Part shown: piece after piece, positions 40,621-54,683 of the stretch
How positions within the stretch are numbered: the stretch's first letter is position 1
Layout of the letters: every line of letters begins with the position of its first letter
Assembly (NCBI RefSeq): GCF_009914755.1
Contig: NC_060926.1
Direction: 5' to 3' (one strand)
Source of the DNA: the human T2T-CHM13v2.0 reference genome, Homo sapiens
Length of the DNA stretch: 64,000 nt
Notes under the pieces: model-generated
The model's database searches: none
What the model was told of the DNA's origin: nothing
The model's input: the letters and a program-made list of their open reading frames with translations, nothing else
Program-made: the position numbers and the translations under genes

Positions 40621-43546
40621 GCATGTCTTCTCAGCTTGTATCAAGAGAATTTGCTAAGCATATACAATAGCAAAGTCATAATTTGTGACATATTTTAGAT
40701 CAACTAGCAAGCCTCAAAACAATTTCACTTTAACATTCATTTTATAAGTATTTCAGGATAATTTTTCATATAGAAAAGCAAAGCTTCACTGAAACATAGT
40801 CTTTTGGTGAGTCATACCTTAAATTTTAGGTTTATGTAAAAGGGGTATAATAATTGAGCTTTTGTCAATCCTTTTAATCTTTTAAATTTGTATTCCCTTG
40901 CGTAATGGCCTCAAACGACTTTTTAGTTAATAAATAAGCAATTGTGGTTTCAAAATACCAGTTGAATTCAGAGGCATAATTAATTACTGAAATTGAAAAA
41001 GAGTCCGTTAAATTACTAATTACAATGTAGAAATAGTCCTTAAGTCATGAATTCTGATTTTTTTAAAATTTCATTTATATTCCCTCTCTTTCATTTAATA
41101 TTCTTCTCAAAAACAGCTTCTACTTTAAAAACAAAACAGTTTTAGATATGAAGGCCATATTTACGGAACCCAAATTAATGAGGAATTTCCATAACCTAAG
41201 ATGGCATGGTCATTAAGAATAAAACCCCTAAAATTTTTACCTTGTGCCTGACCACAGAAAGTGATGTAAAGTACAATTATAGCCAGAAGAATTCTCCAAC
41301 CCAAATGTGCTTGTTAAGTTTGTTTATCCAGTTGCACCACATGCCACACAGCTGTGAACTATTTAGAGGTTTACTAGACACTCCTGTCTAGGAATTGTTT
41401 CTTTCTTTCTGATTTTCTGCCTCATATCACACCGGGGACAATTTAATGTGACTACATTAAGTGTTTTCTGAACTGCTGCTATTTCTAAATAGTTCTGATG
41501 TCTCTGGGGCATACTTTCCTCAAAAGCCAGATTTTCTTAAGACTTTGCTTCAATTAATTTAGTACATTGAGCGTATAACTTGATATAAACAACAACAAAT
41601 ATTATTTTGTCTGACAAAGTCTAGGTTCTCAGGCTGAAACAGGGAGCAAGGCACACAGATGACTCTTTTCATGGGGAGTACATTATGGCGGGGAAGACCT
41701 AGAAGCAATAAATAAACAAACAATTAAGAAAAAAATATTCCAGAAAGACATGATATGGAAATAAGAGTTGGCTGGGCAACTACTTTCCTGGAAGATCTTT
41801 TACAAGTCTACTCTCTGAGGAAGCTAGAAGAGCATAATTCTCATCAAGAGGTAGCAAATCCCTATCATGCCTCCTTTTGCCTGCTGGAACTTTAGAGGGA
41901 GAAAGAGGAACAGGCATGACTGAAGACAATAAGTAAAAGAGCCAACAAGAAGGAATACAGAGCCAAACGTGGCCAGATGAACATGTGCCCACGGGAATAT
42001 GTGGGCATACTGAGTGGCCAGCGCCACCACAGAGGCTCTAAGCCTATCAAGCTAAAGTCACGTACCTCAAGCCCTCTTCTTTACAGATGGCATCTAAAGA
42101 ATGACAAGACTCACCCAATTCATATTTAGAGATTTTGAACCAGAGCTGGAAGTTAGACTTCCTGGTGTATTTCATTTACATATCTACCAAGAATTGCCTT
42201 CATCTGAGTTACTTGCAATGTGGGCACTAATAAATATGATTACTGAGCAAGAATCAAGGAATGATACCATGGGGTTTACAGTACCCACAAAATTAGATAT
42301 CCACTAAATGTACTATGTGGCAGATAATAGATCAGTGTGTCAGTACACCTGAAAATTACTAATGAGACTGGCACAAGTTGCCTCTTCGAATGGGGCTATG
42401 GAGAAATGCAAGCTGTGCTCCTCTTCTCTAGGAAGCAAAGCAGCCTGAAATGTTTAAGATAAACAATCTTCTATTCTGTTCAAAGAGAGGCACTTGAGAA
42501 CAGGCCCAACTAGAAACAAAGGAAAAATGGAGCTAAGATGATTAGTTTCTTAATTATTTGGAAGGAATTCTAGAGAAGATTAAAAAACATCATGGTCTGG
42601 TCTGTAGTTAAATCCCATGATATATAATTTTAGTGATCATCTGGGAGATGGCTAATGGCAGAGATAATTATAGAAATGCTGACACAGCAAAACACAGTCA
42701 AGGCCAAATTAATTCTCAACATGTATAGCCAAGACATAATAAGAAAATTCCATTGATGACAAGAAGATAAATCAGAAGTAACAATAAAATGGTGAGTTAG
42801 AGTAGGTGAGTAAATAGAGAAAATGGACTCAATTCCGCTTACTCTTTCACTATCTTCTTTCCACTAGTTTCATCCTAAACTGAGAGACCAACATCAAAAG
42901 AATCTTCTCAAGTTTCTGAGTGACGGCAAGAAACTAGACTACTGTTACCAAGGAACTTTTTAAAGCAAACTGCTTTTGCTGATATGAGGAGAAAGTTAAT
43001 TAATAAGAAAATACCTTAAATGTGTTTTGAAGCTGTTAAAGGTGTGTAACAATTACTCTGAATTTATTATAGCACCAGTTAGAGACCCAGGAAAACTATA
43101 AAATTGCACATCAGGGCAGAGCTGAGAGACGACATCTGCTTTGGGATTGAAAAAAAAAAAAAAAAAAAAACAAAGGGAACAAGAGAAATAGCAAGTCATT
43201 TAACATTTGGAATTCAGGACTCCAGACTCATCTATAGGACCAAACTGCTCTTGAAATATACTAGATTTCCTTTAGCTCCAGAGGTTTTGCCTTCATCAAA
43301 TGCCTGTAACACTCTTATTGTCAAAAGGAATAAGTGATGGTGAACACTGTGCCAGATAGGAGGTACCACACACAGGTTCAGCAAAAAGCAGAAGCAAGAG
43401 GTATATTTTTTGTTAGATCTTAGTTCATCCCTATGTAACAGACATTTCAGGGAAGGGAGGAGAAAATAACAAAGCTACCTATGAGCAAAGGTAAATGGGA
43501 TTCCCTATCCTTGTTTCCCAGTTTCGGTCATGGTATTGCTTATCCA

Positions 43547-44027
43547 TTATTAGTTATCCACTGCTGGGTAACAAATTACTCCCAAACTTAGCAGCTTCAA
43601 ACAACAATAAACATGTATTATGTCACATAGTTTGTTTCAGAACTTTGGGAGTGGCTTAGCTGAATGGTTGTAGCTCCAGGTGCTTTTTGTGGTTGCAGTC
43701 AAGAAGCCAGCCCATTCACACAGCTGCAGACAAAAGGACTCGGTTCCTTGCAGGCTGAGGCCTGATTAGGCAGGGGGCCTGAGTGTCTCGCCACATGGAC
43801 CTCTCCATAGGGCTGCTTTTCGTGGCATGGCAGCTGACTCCCCTCAGAACAGATGATCAAAAGCAGCAAAAGAGAAGCCTCACATGACTTTTGCCCTAGC
43901 CTTGGGAATCACACTCTTCCATTTCTACAAAATCCTATTGGTTACATAGCAGCCCTATCCAGTGTGGGAGGGAACTGTATACAGGCATGAATACCAGGAG
44001 TGGAAAACCACTAGAGACTGGCTACCA
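43547..44027 (-). mobile_element. MaLR solo LTR (MLT1F-like)
   Basis: tattagttatccactgctgggtaacaaattactcccaaacttagcagctt...ccacatggacctctccatagggctgc...ggcatgaataccaggag...ggctacca. Confidence 0.8.
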
Positions 44028-45150
44028 TGGTCACTTACACACCAACATGAAACTTTCAGCCTTTCCACCTCCTACCACTTATACTATATTTAATGTTTTT
44101 CCTGTTATGGACTTTAAAAAAGAGGTCATCATAAGCAATAATATCCATGAAATCATGGATATCATGTGATCTTTATATTTATTTTTATTTTTATATATTA
44201 ATTTCCAAATAAAAATAGAACTATTAAAACAAAATGTATGTTATCTTCTCATAGCAAGTCAAGCATCAGCAGTGTTATACATACTACCGTTTGTGAAGTA
44301 CCACTAGCCACAAGCTCAAGCTGTTCTTGCTTGAGGGAGATCTTTATAAGCTCAGTGTAAGTCAGGAGGCATTTGTTTCACATGCCATCCTCACTTACAC
44401 TAAATTCCCTAGAAGTCCAAGGTAATAGTACTTGGGGATAGGCTACAATGCTACAACAAAGCCATTTGCTATGGTGGTTATAACTGTCACTTGCCAGCCA
44501 TCGTTTGTAATTACTTAAAACAGAAACAGTTTAAAGAATTAAACCAGAAGGGTAAAGCAGATTGTTCTCAGGACGTAAAACTAAACTCACATTATTATGT
44601 ATTGTTACACTCCTGTCCACTTTCATTACCAAAGGCAATAAAGCAATTTTAACTGTTCCCTGGAATGTCACCAGCAATAAGTGGTTTTGTTTTACTGTTC
44701 TGTTGAGCCGAATATAATAGTTATATTTTAGATCTCTTGCAACTGGGGAATCTAGAAATGCTTTCTGGTCTTTGTGAATTTATTAAAATATTTGATTTGG
44801 GTAACCTTGGTGTTACTTTAAGTATAGTCAGGGAAATCATGTCATAATCACTGAGTTTCATTAGCGACTGGCCCTTTTTAATCATAAAATTCAGTGTTCT
44901 GAAACCTATTGCCTGTTCTGTCCTACACTTGTGACTTTGTCTCTTCTCTTGATTGTACAGCCATGAGCCCTCATTATGCTTTCCTGAGGGTGTTGTATTT
45001 ACTGGTGTCCTTCATTGCCAAAGGTGACAAGGCAGGGAATGTAAGAGTACAGCTGGCGGGAAGAATCTCTATTCCGAGTACACGGAGCATGTCCCATACT
45101 TCAGCCTGCAGAGCCCGTGACTACTAGCAGGGTCAAAATTGTGTCATTTA

Positions 45151-45273
45151 GGCTGGGCGCAGTGGCTTGCACCTGTAATCCTGGCACTTTGGGAGGCAAA
45201 GGTGGGTGGATCGCTTGAGCCCAGGAGTTTGAGACCAGCCTGGGCAACATGGCGAAACCCCATCTCTACTAAA

Positions 45274-45327
<54 letters not shown>

Positions 45328-45499
45328 CTAGCCAGGCGTGGTAGCACATGTCTGTGATCCCAGCTATGCAGGAGGCTGAGGCATGAGAATCTCTTGGACC
45401 CAGGAGGTGGAGGTTGCAGTGAGCCAAGATCACGCCACGACACTATAGCCTGGGTGACAGAGCTAGATGATTTCTCAAAAAAAAAAAAAAAAAAAAAAA
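45151..45499 (+). mobile_element. AluJb-like with (CA)24 in the linker (45279-45326)
   Basis: ggatcgcttgagcccaggagtttgag; full dimer; poly-A tail; gtcattt on both flanks. Confidence 0.92.
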
Positions 45500-46027
45500 G
45501 TCATTTTACCATATGCCTGTCAGGTTTACATTTTTTACTTCATTTGATAAGACAATGATTTATTTTATTTAAATTCTAAATTCATATCTGAATTAAAATA
45601 ACTATTATATTGTTAAGTAGGTTTTCTTCATCATTATTTTTCAGAAAACTGGAGAAAGTGTAGGGAGCTCCAAAGCAGTACATACACTTACCACACCAAT
45701 GCCATTATTTTCCAGAGTACTTCTTCCTCCTTCACCCAGTTTCTTTATTATGAAATTTAACTTCCAAGAATAAAGGTTTTTCCACTTACAACTAATATGC
45801 CCTATTCTGCTTCATGAAGAGTAGAGGGAGAAATAGCACCCAGGACTATTCTGGAGACATTAATACCTGATCTCTGTTGCACTGTTTGTGATTTGGGCAT
45901 ATTTTAAGGTAATTTATACAGTTATTATTTCCCTCTTTTTTGACATCCAGGTAAGAAGTGCAATGAATCTTCATGATCAAAAACTCATTAAAACTAAATA
46001 AAATAAAAATAAATGTACTTAAGTCTA

Positions 46028-46426
<399 letters not shown>

Positions 46427-47129
46427 TCATGGTCAGGAGTTGTTCTTCATGTCTCTCAAACACCATGTGTTTTCTACCATCCTTGTTTCTCCCTTTGCAT
46501 CTCCACTCTCCAGTGACTTTCTCTGCTTCCCACTGGACCCCCACTTTTACAATACATAACTATTTCAATGCCAGCCATTATCTAACATTTCTCGGTATGT
46601 CTCCGTTCAAATTAGAGAAAGAAAGAGGTCTGAATGTTATTTATACTTTCTCCATAGAGATTCTAAGGAAGACAATATTAATGACAGTTCTTTGTTTACT
46701 GAATGGGACGAGGAATGTGCCAATAAAAGATTATATAAGAAATGAGATTTAAAATTTTTCAGGGAGAAGGAAAAGTTAAGAGAAAGATGAATCATCTTGA
46801 GAGACAATAAGACAATTTGATGAGTTGCTGGAAATGATACAGTGTTTAAATGAGAACTTCTGTTACATGTTTTTGTATATTGTGTGATAGAATTCTCTTT
46901 TGTTTCCTCATCGAACCTTCTGTAATATCTCTTTTGGCTAACCTTTGTGAGGCCAAGATTGCCTTCTGTGCCTGTGATTAAGAAGTGTTAAGTCCAGGTA
47001 TAGCTTGAGAAAGCACAGAGACCACACTCAGTAATGTAGTCACACCTATGGAATAGAAAAACACCCAGACTCTTTAGTTTCCTAAACTAACAGCATTACT
47101 GTTAGTTTTGCAGCATTACTGACAAGAAA

Positions 47130-47520
47130 TCATTCTCTCATACCCCAAATCCAGCCAAGATGAGCTCGTTTCTATAGGCCCCTTGTTTTTACATATTTCT
47201 GTGCCTTTGCTCATGTTATTCTACCTCCTCATCAAAAACCATTTCAGCAATTGTGGAAACTACTCTGCATCAACACCCAACCCAAATGCTACTCTTTGTA
47301 GCTAAAATTAACCTCTCCTTCTCAACTCTCATAGCACTTGGTTTGGTACTCATATAATACCTCTATCACATTTGCCTTGCATTAAACTTAATGATTGTAT
47401 GCTTCATATATCCTATCAGAATATAAGCAACATCTTATATACCTCAGATTCTCCAAAGAAGCCAGGCTCAGTGCATGACATATATGAACACTCAGTAAAT
47501 GTTTCTTGAATTAAATGAAA
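47130..47520 (+). mobile_element. L2 3' fragment
   Basis: ctgtgcctttgctcatg...cagtgcatgacatatatgaacactcagtaaatgtttcttgaattaaatgaa. Confidence 0.65.
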
Positions 47521-47861
47521 AGGTCAGTAACTCAGTTCGCTGTGTCTTTTTTTCCAGATTTTTACAGTACAACAGTAGAAAATAGTAAGCTAAAACATGT
47601 ACACTTAAATAAATGCATTTTCATAATGAAGACATTTTGGCTTCTTACTGGTAAATAATGAGCTTTCCTCTACCTGCCATGTAGTCTGTTCTGAAGATAA
47701 ATAGAAGTATGAATATGCAAACACTTTGGGAAGAGAAAACATGCTACATAAATAAGAGAGTGTTTATTGCTGTAACTACTACATGGAGTCCATCCTCATA
47801 ACTCAGTGTTTCTCTGTATTATAGGGAATCATGATAGCTTAGGATAATCTGAAGTCCCCGA

Positions 47862-48170
47862 GTGAATGCTCCTCAAATTGTGAACTGTGGACCAGTACCA
47901 GTCTGAGAACTGTTACTAGTCTATACGGAGATAAGTATAAACATTGGGACTAAGCATTTAAAAATTTGTATAGCAATTTGATAGAATGACTGCTGAATTT
48001 AATAATAAATATGTGACTATATCCATATGCCTTTCTCTTATTAATTTCCTTTTGCCAGCAATAGATTTTCATTGATTATATAATACAGTTGATACACAAC
48101 AGATTGCCAGCAAAAATAAAACAACATCAAAAAACCTGGTACTTCAATATAGATAGGTTGAGAACCAATG
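47862..48170. mobile_element. hAT-Charlie (Charlie4-type) remnant
   Basis: ctcaaattgtgaactgtggaccagtaccagtctgagaactgttactagtc...gagataagta...tatagcaatttga. Confidence 0.55.
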
Positions 48171-51100
48171 TTATAGATAATTCTCTCCAGAATGGAAGAT
48201 ACCCACATTATGAACATGGAAGTTCTGGGGAAAAGAAGGAACATAAATTTGTAGATATTGTGGGTTATAAAATACTAGTTTCAACAAAGGTTAATATAAA
48301 AGAACAAGAGAGTGAATGGTAATGAGAATAAAGCATAATGTGACAGTCTGATTCATAATATTCATTTTGATCATCTTTTTAAAGCTTTTTGTACATCTTT
48401 AACAATCTTCTGCAGGCTCCTCTCTCTAGGAACTGAACTTACATCTGGAACTTTCAGAGAAACTAACATTCTTTTCTGTTGTTAAGTGAATGTGGGGGTT
48501 TTGTTGGCTTGAAGAAAACAACTATGCACCCATTTAATTGATATTAACAGTAATTCCCCAGTCATCTATAAATTTTCTCTGTGAAAAAGTCCTTCAGGAA
48601 GCCAATAAATTATTGTCTTTAAAATACAATTGAGCTTTAGTAATCCTTTGCTTTTTTGCCAGTTTAACATTGACCTTTTATGAAAGTTTTCTTAAGTTGG
48701 GTCGAGATGACATTTGGAGCAAACAATATGTGGTCTTCTTATTGTCAGAACATTTTGTTTTTCCAGATTACCAAGATAACATATTTCACGGGGGTTTAGA
48801 ATATGTTCTATAGATTTCTCAAACTACTGAAAATGATAATTTGCAAGTATATTAAAATTTAACATTTATGAATCATATTACAAATGTTGACTTGAGAAAT
48901 CTTGGTTTCATTACTTAGATCACAAAATTGGAGGACGAGGACTGAATTAGACATCAAGCTTTGTGCTGTGCCTTCTGTGGTAGTATTGCTCAAAAAAGAT
49001 TCTTCATGTAGGGGAGGTAGAGTTCCCAACAATGCATCCATTTAGACAAAACAGCGGGGTGTGCTGGGGGTGGGGGTTGTTGAGCCATTTATAAAATACC
49101 TTTAACTTTGCTATATTTCATTTGTGTTTTACTTCCTTTTGCTGCTAGGCAAATCTGGCCCCCTGCTGCACAGGTCCCATGTGAACTGAAATTGGGAAAC
49201 TAAGAAGCCCTGTGTGATGGGTTTCTGGGGCTCACACACCATCTCTACTTTTCTCCTTCTACCTTTCAGGCTCTGATTATCTTCACTCATTTCACAAAGT
49301 AGCCCATTTTTCTTCAGCAGTCTTTAAAAAGGGGAATTGGGATGTTTTATGTAGATAATAATACTCCAATAAAGAGAAAATCAGTTTCCTGCTGACCAAA
49401 TTGCTTCCTCTATATATTAATATCCAAATCTGCTCTAAAGCATGTGCATTTAAAGTTACTTCTTATATAACTGTTTGTGGGGGAGAGAGTAAAGAAAGTC
49501 TAAATTACACCCACTAAAAGTTCTGAAAGTTTTAACTTTTGAAATTCTTTAGTTCAGTAAGCACAGATTTAAATCCAAAAAGACAATCATTGTGAAAATG
49601 AGATGACTTCTTGATTTTTGACCTTATCTTTGCCTCTTGACCTTGCTATCTTAGGAATTCTTGATGGCCTTTTTCTGAATCTTTTTCCAATCTAACTTTA
49701 AGACTCTGTTCCCAAAGCATGCTGTAGGCGTAACACATTTTCTTCAGGCATGAGTTTAGCTGCAGCTGCTCCAGGACACACCCCCTGCAGACTCTTGACT
49801 TCCCAATCCATCAGACCATCCATCCCTCAACAGGCCTCCCATTCTCCTGCCTCTGCCTTCCCTCTCAATGTGATCAGATCCATCACATCTGATCCTAAGC
49901 TGCTTTAGGTATGTTGTTTTGATCTCCATTTGCCTTCTTCCCTGTTCTTATTGACAACGCAGGCTTCCTAAACACATAGTAGCTAGCTCCATCTCCATCA
50001 TCACTCAGTTACCCCTTTTCTTTTAAATTCATCTTCACTCCCAAACCCAATTCTGACCTCAAGTGCTCAAGAGGAAAATCCAGACATCTTGGGATATGAT
50101 CAGCCATCTTAATCATGAAATTGAGAGTGAGGGTGATTTCAACAGTGGCCAACCTTTCTCTGGCTCCACCCTATAGTTCTCTTTTACCCTTAGTTAAATT
50201 GTGAGCCCTATTTTGCGGAATGTACTTGTATCAATGACATTATTTTACCTATACCTGACCATTTACTAGAACTTAAATAATCTCAGTAACTCATGCTCCA
50301 ATGGAAGCAGGAAGAGAGTCAGGCAAGCTTGATGTGTCTTGTTGTTTGGTGACAAGGTTCTTGACAGTATACCTCTATCATCTATGCTTATCTACTCTTG
50401 ATTGTTTAAAAAGCTGCCAACTTAGAAACCTAAAATGCAATTTTCCATTGTGCTTACTACTTTCCACCCTCTCAGGCTGATGTCTATGCCTTGCCCTGAA
50501 CTGCCCTCCACCTGCGGCATCCTATGTGAGCATTTCACTTGGCACCAGCAGCAGATGCTTTCTATGGCAAATCAGCTGTGAAAGCTCATCAGCCTAGACT
50601 TTTCACCCGAGTCCATTTAAACTTGAATGTATAAGATGTGACAGACATAACTAGGCGTATCTTTCCAATTTACCGTCTTAGCCTTATGCTTGGAACAAGC
50701 AAGAAGATTTGGTCTGTTCCTCAGGTATTAGGAAGAATACCAAAAGCTTCCTGTCATGAATAACACTCCTTTCTACACTAATCCTTCAAATCTCAGTGAA
50801 TTTCTTGAGAACAAATAGAATTGACCTCTCCAGAGACTGACTTCTCTCTCATTGGGTTACAATATAACAAATTTCATCTTTTTGAAGTGAGCAATCTGTC
50901 AGTTTCAACACATAATTTCTCTTTTTCCCCATATTTACATCTGGAGCCAAAACTGATTCTTTTCACTTGCCAGCAACTCTCAGAAGAATTAAGATGGTTT
51001 TGTTTATACCTATGTATCTTTCTGTCTATCTATATACCTATTTACCCATCTATTATTTAATATGGTCCCTACCTTAGTCTCTGGTCTAGGTGACTGTCTT

Positions 51101-51459
51101 TTGAATGATCTCATGTACTCTCTCTTCTACTCACCTATCCATTGGTTTCTTCTTTCTTTCCACCTTATGGCTCCTGTTCCGCTGGCTTTCACCAGGCTAA
51201 GACTGTTTTGCTTTGCAGTTCCCTCCCTTTTCTGTCTGCTGCTCTGCTCCTAGACTAACACAATCCTATCGAACCTTTTGCTTATTATCATACTACCATG
51301 TGTGAGCTTCATTTCTGTGGAATGCTATCTCTGAGATGCTAGTCCTCTACACCTGTACAGATCACAACTGTCGAAGAAAACAAAAGCTAGATCCTGTCCA
51401 CTGTTGTACTCCTGGTAGATGTACTTGGGAAAGCCACTTCAGTGCAATCCCAAGAATTG

Positions 51460-51700
51460 CCGATGCTGATATTTACATTGTAGATACACAATGTGGTCCA
51501 TGTTCTAAGTGTTCCATACATATGCACTCATTAGATCCTTAGCAACCCAAGGAGGTTTGGAGCATCATCGTTCGCATTCACAGGTAAGAGATTGAGTCAA
51601 AGAAGGATAAGTGACATGCTGGTCACACAACTTGTCAGTGAGAACCAGGTTTGAGCCAGGGAGTTTGGTTCCAGAGCTCATGCTATTAACCACGATGCTC
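51460..51700 (-). mobile_element. MIR, near full length
   Basis: ctcattagatccttagcaacc...cattcacaggtaagagattgag...aagtgacatgctggtcacacaact...gtttgagccaggg...ccagagctcatgctattaaccac. Confidence 0.8.
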
Positions 51701-52235
51701 CAAATAGTGTTTCAACATCTAATACTTCTGCTTTCCATCTCTTCTCTTGGCTTCGTGAGGTTCTCCTACAGTCCCAGGCTCCTTTTCAGCCACATCCTGA
51801 CAAACTAAAAGGAAATGAAGATTCCTTCTTGAACCTTGAAATCTCATGATTTCCTCTCTGCACACCACATCTTCATTTCTTTGTGCAAACTGAACTCAGT
51901 TCCTTTATCTTGATGGCCTTACTCATGACTCACTTTACCAAATATAGATAGACATTTGTAATCCTCTTACAAATGACATTTCCCGTCAGGAAGGGCAGCA
52001 CCAGAGACAGCATAGCTCCTCTAAGGATGTGCACAGCCTCAACTCAGCTCCCAGCTCTTGAGATTGTAGAATGAAAGTCTTTATTTTCCTGTTTATATTA
52101 CTTGATGACCATTACAGAGTTTAAGTCATTGTAAAGCACAGACAATTATTTGTAATCTGTTACCTTCTCAATGAGGGATGAAAACCAACCACATAATAAG
52201 GCAGGCTTTTAATCAGAACAGCTGGTGTGATGTCA

Positions 52236-52618
52236 AAGGAAGGAGCACTGGCTCACACACTCACAAGATGAGGTCCCACAGTAGGTCTTTGCAAGCTGAA
52301 GAGCAAGGAAATTCTGAGTCCCAAAGCTGAAGAAACTGGGAGTCTGATGTTTGAGGCCAGGAAGCATCCAGCACGGGAGAAAGATGTAGGCCAGAAGACT
52401 AAACCAGTCTAGTCTTTTCACGTTCTTCTGCCTGCCTTTATTTGGCTGTGCTAACAGCTGATTAGATGGTGCCCACCCAGATTAAGGGTGGGTCTGCCTT
52501 TCCCAGTCCACTGACTCAAATGTTAATCTCCTTTGGCAACACCCTCACAGACACACCCAGGATCAATACTTTGCATCCTTCAATCCAATCAAGCTGACAC
52601 TCAGTATTAACCATCACA
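52236..52618 (-). mobile_element. MLT2A (HERV-L LTR), 3' end missing
   Basis: gcccacccagattaagggtgggtctgcctttcccagtccactgactcaaatgttaatctcctttggcaacaccctcacagacacacccagg...gtattaaccatcaca. Confidence 0.9.
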
Positions 52619-54330
52619 TCTTCTGTGCTTGACACATAGTGGACCTTCAATAGATGTTTCATGAATGGCAATGGTTGTCTCAGCTGATTTATAACATAAA
52701 GTTAATGAGACCAAGTTCATATTCATTTGACTGAACATACTTCTTTTGGAACCAAAACACACTGTATCTTTATTTTCAGCCAGAAACTCACCATATACTG
52801 TATCCTTATTGCCATCACCCAAGTTACTCATTAGCCACAAAAGAAAATGAGCCAGAGAATGCTTCCAATTTAATATAACGTACAGAACTTTTCAACAAAG
52901 GCTGATAATGTCACTTTCATATACCAAGAGCAGCATAAGTATATAAATAGATAGATTGATTTAAGTAGATACATACATACGTGTAAATATACACATATAC
53001 ACACAATGCATATATGTGTGTGCATATATATAAAATATAGTGTATGTGTTTAAACTGAAAAGATGTGTGAATCGATGTTATCATTATGTGTATAATAGAT
53101 TGTTATAATTGCAAGGGGAAAACAGTTAATTGCTCATTATCACAGGCCTGACACACATTGAAGTTTTAGTGTGTATTCGAATGATCCCACTGAATAGTTA
53201 ATACATTTAAAGCAAATAAAAATAAAAGGCTTTTAAAAAATTGTGTTAAAGCTCTTTACACAACAACTTTTATTCCACTTTCTGTCAAAGCTTATGTGTT
53301 TCCAAGGGAGTACAGTAATTGTGCATTTTCTATTTTTAAATCATTCATTGTTCTAGTTAAATATTATGAATGTATGCCAATTCTTAAAAGAGCCATGCAG
53401 AGATAGTAGGTATAATTGTGTTGTACTCAAAATAAATTCATGGTTAAAGCAAATATTTAACAACTGCCAAATACTGGATTGCATGTAGAAAATGAATCCT
53501 GTATAGCTCTGGTAAATTAAAGCTTCAATCCAAACCTTCCTTCTGTGCTTTATAATTAGAAAACCAAATGAGGAACTTCTCTGGGCAGCCTGGTTTAAAA
53601 AGCCCACCTGTTTTCTGTTTTTGAAAATATATTTTTTCAAGTTAATATGTTTAAATAAAGGATTCAGATGACTCAAAAAAAAAAACTGGAACTGAATTGT
53701 AGACTAAAGAATACCTTCTCGTATTTAAATTACTATGTATATTGTGGTATGCTGCAATATGTTAACTGGCTTATAAGACATTAATTACAAATAAAATGCA
53801 CTGAAAAAGAATTGGACTCAGGGTATGCAAAGAAGACATCACTTGAGGTATGGCAACCTCCGCATGAGGTCACTCATCAAGCCTTATATCCAACGACTTT
53901 CTATTTTCTCCACATCAGCGGCCCACCATCTGGGTTCATCCTGGGTTTTGTAAGTATTCAAAACTATACTGAAATATTAAATCAGACATTCAACTCCCTG
54001 GTCATCAGTTTCCACTATTATCCCCACCACATCTGTCTTCAGCCTTTCAGGGACATTTGAGTCCCTTGAATTTATATTTCTCCCCCTACCACTAGTTTCC
54101 CTATGCATACTAAATTTTACGTTCCATCATTTCAAATATTTACTGTATAATTCCTTGACTCTTTTTTTCCTATTGTCCTTTAGTCTGAGTACTTGGAAAA
54201 CCCCAGCCTTGGCTCAATCTAATTTTTCACCTTTTCTGAAATAATACCCATACTTCTCCTGTGCCTCTGTGGAAATTTCATGCAACCTTGCAGATTGGTG
54301 TCAGTCTAAACGCATGATTTTAAAACTTAA

Positions 54331-54683
<353 letters not shown>

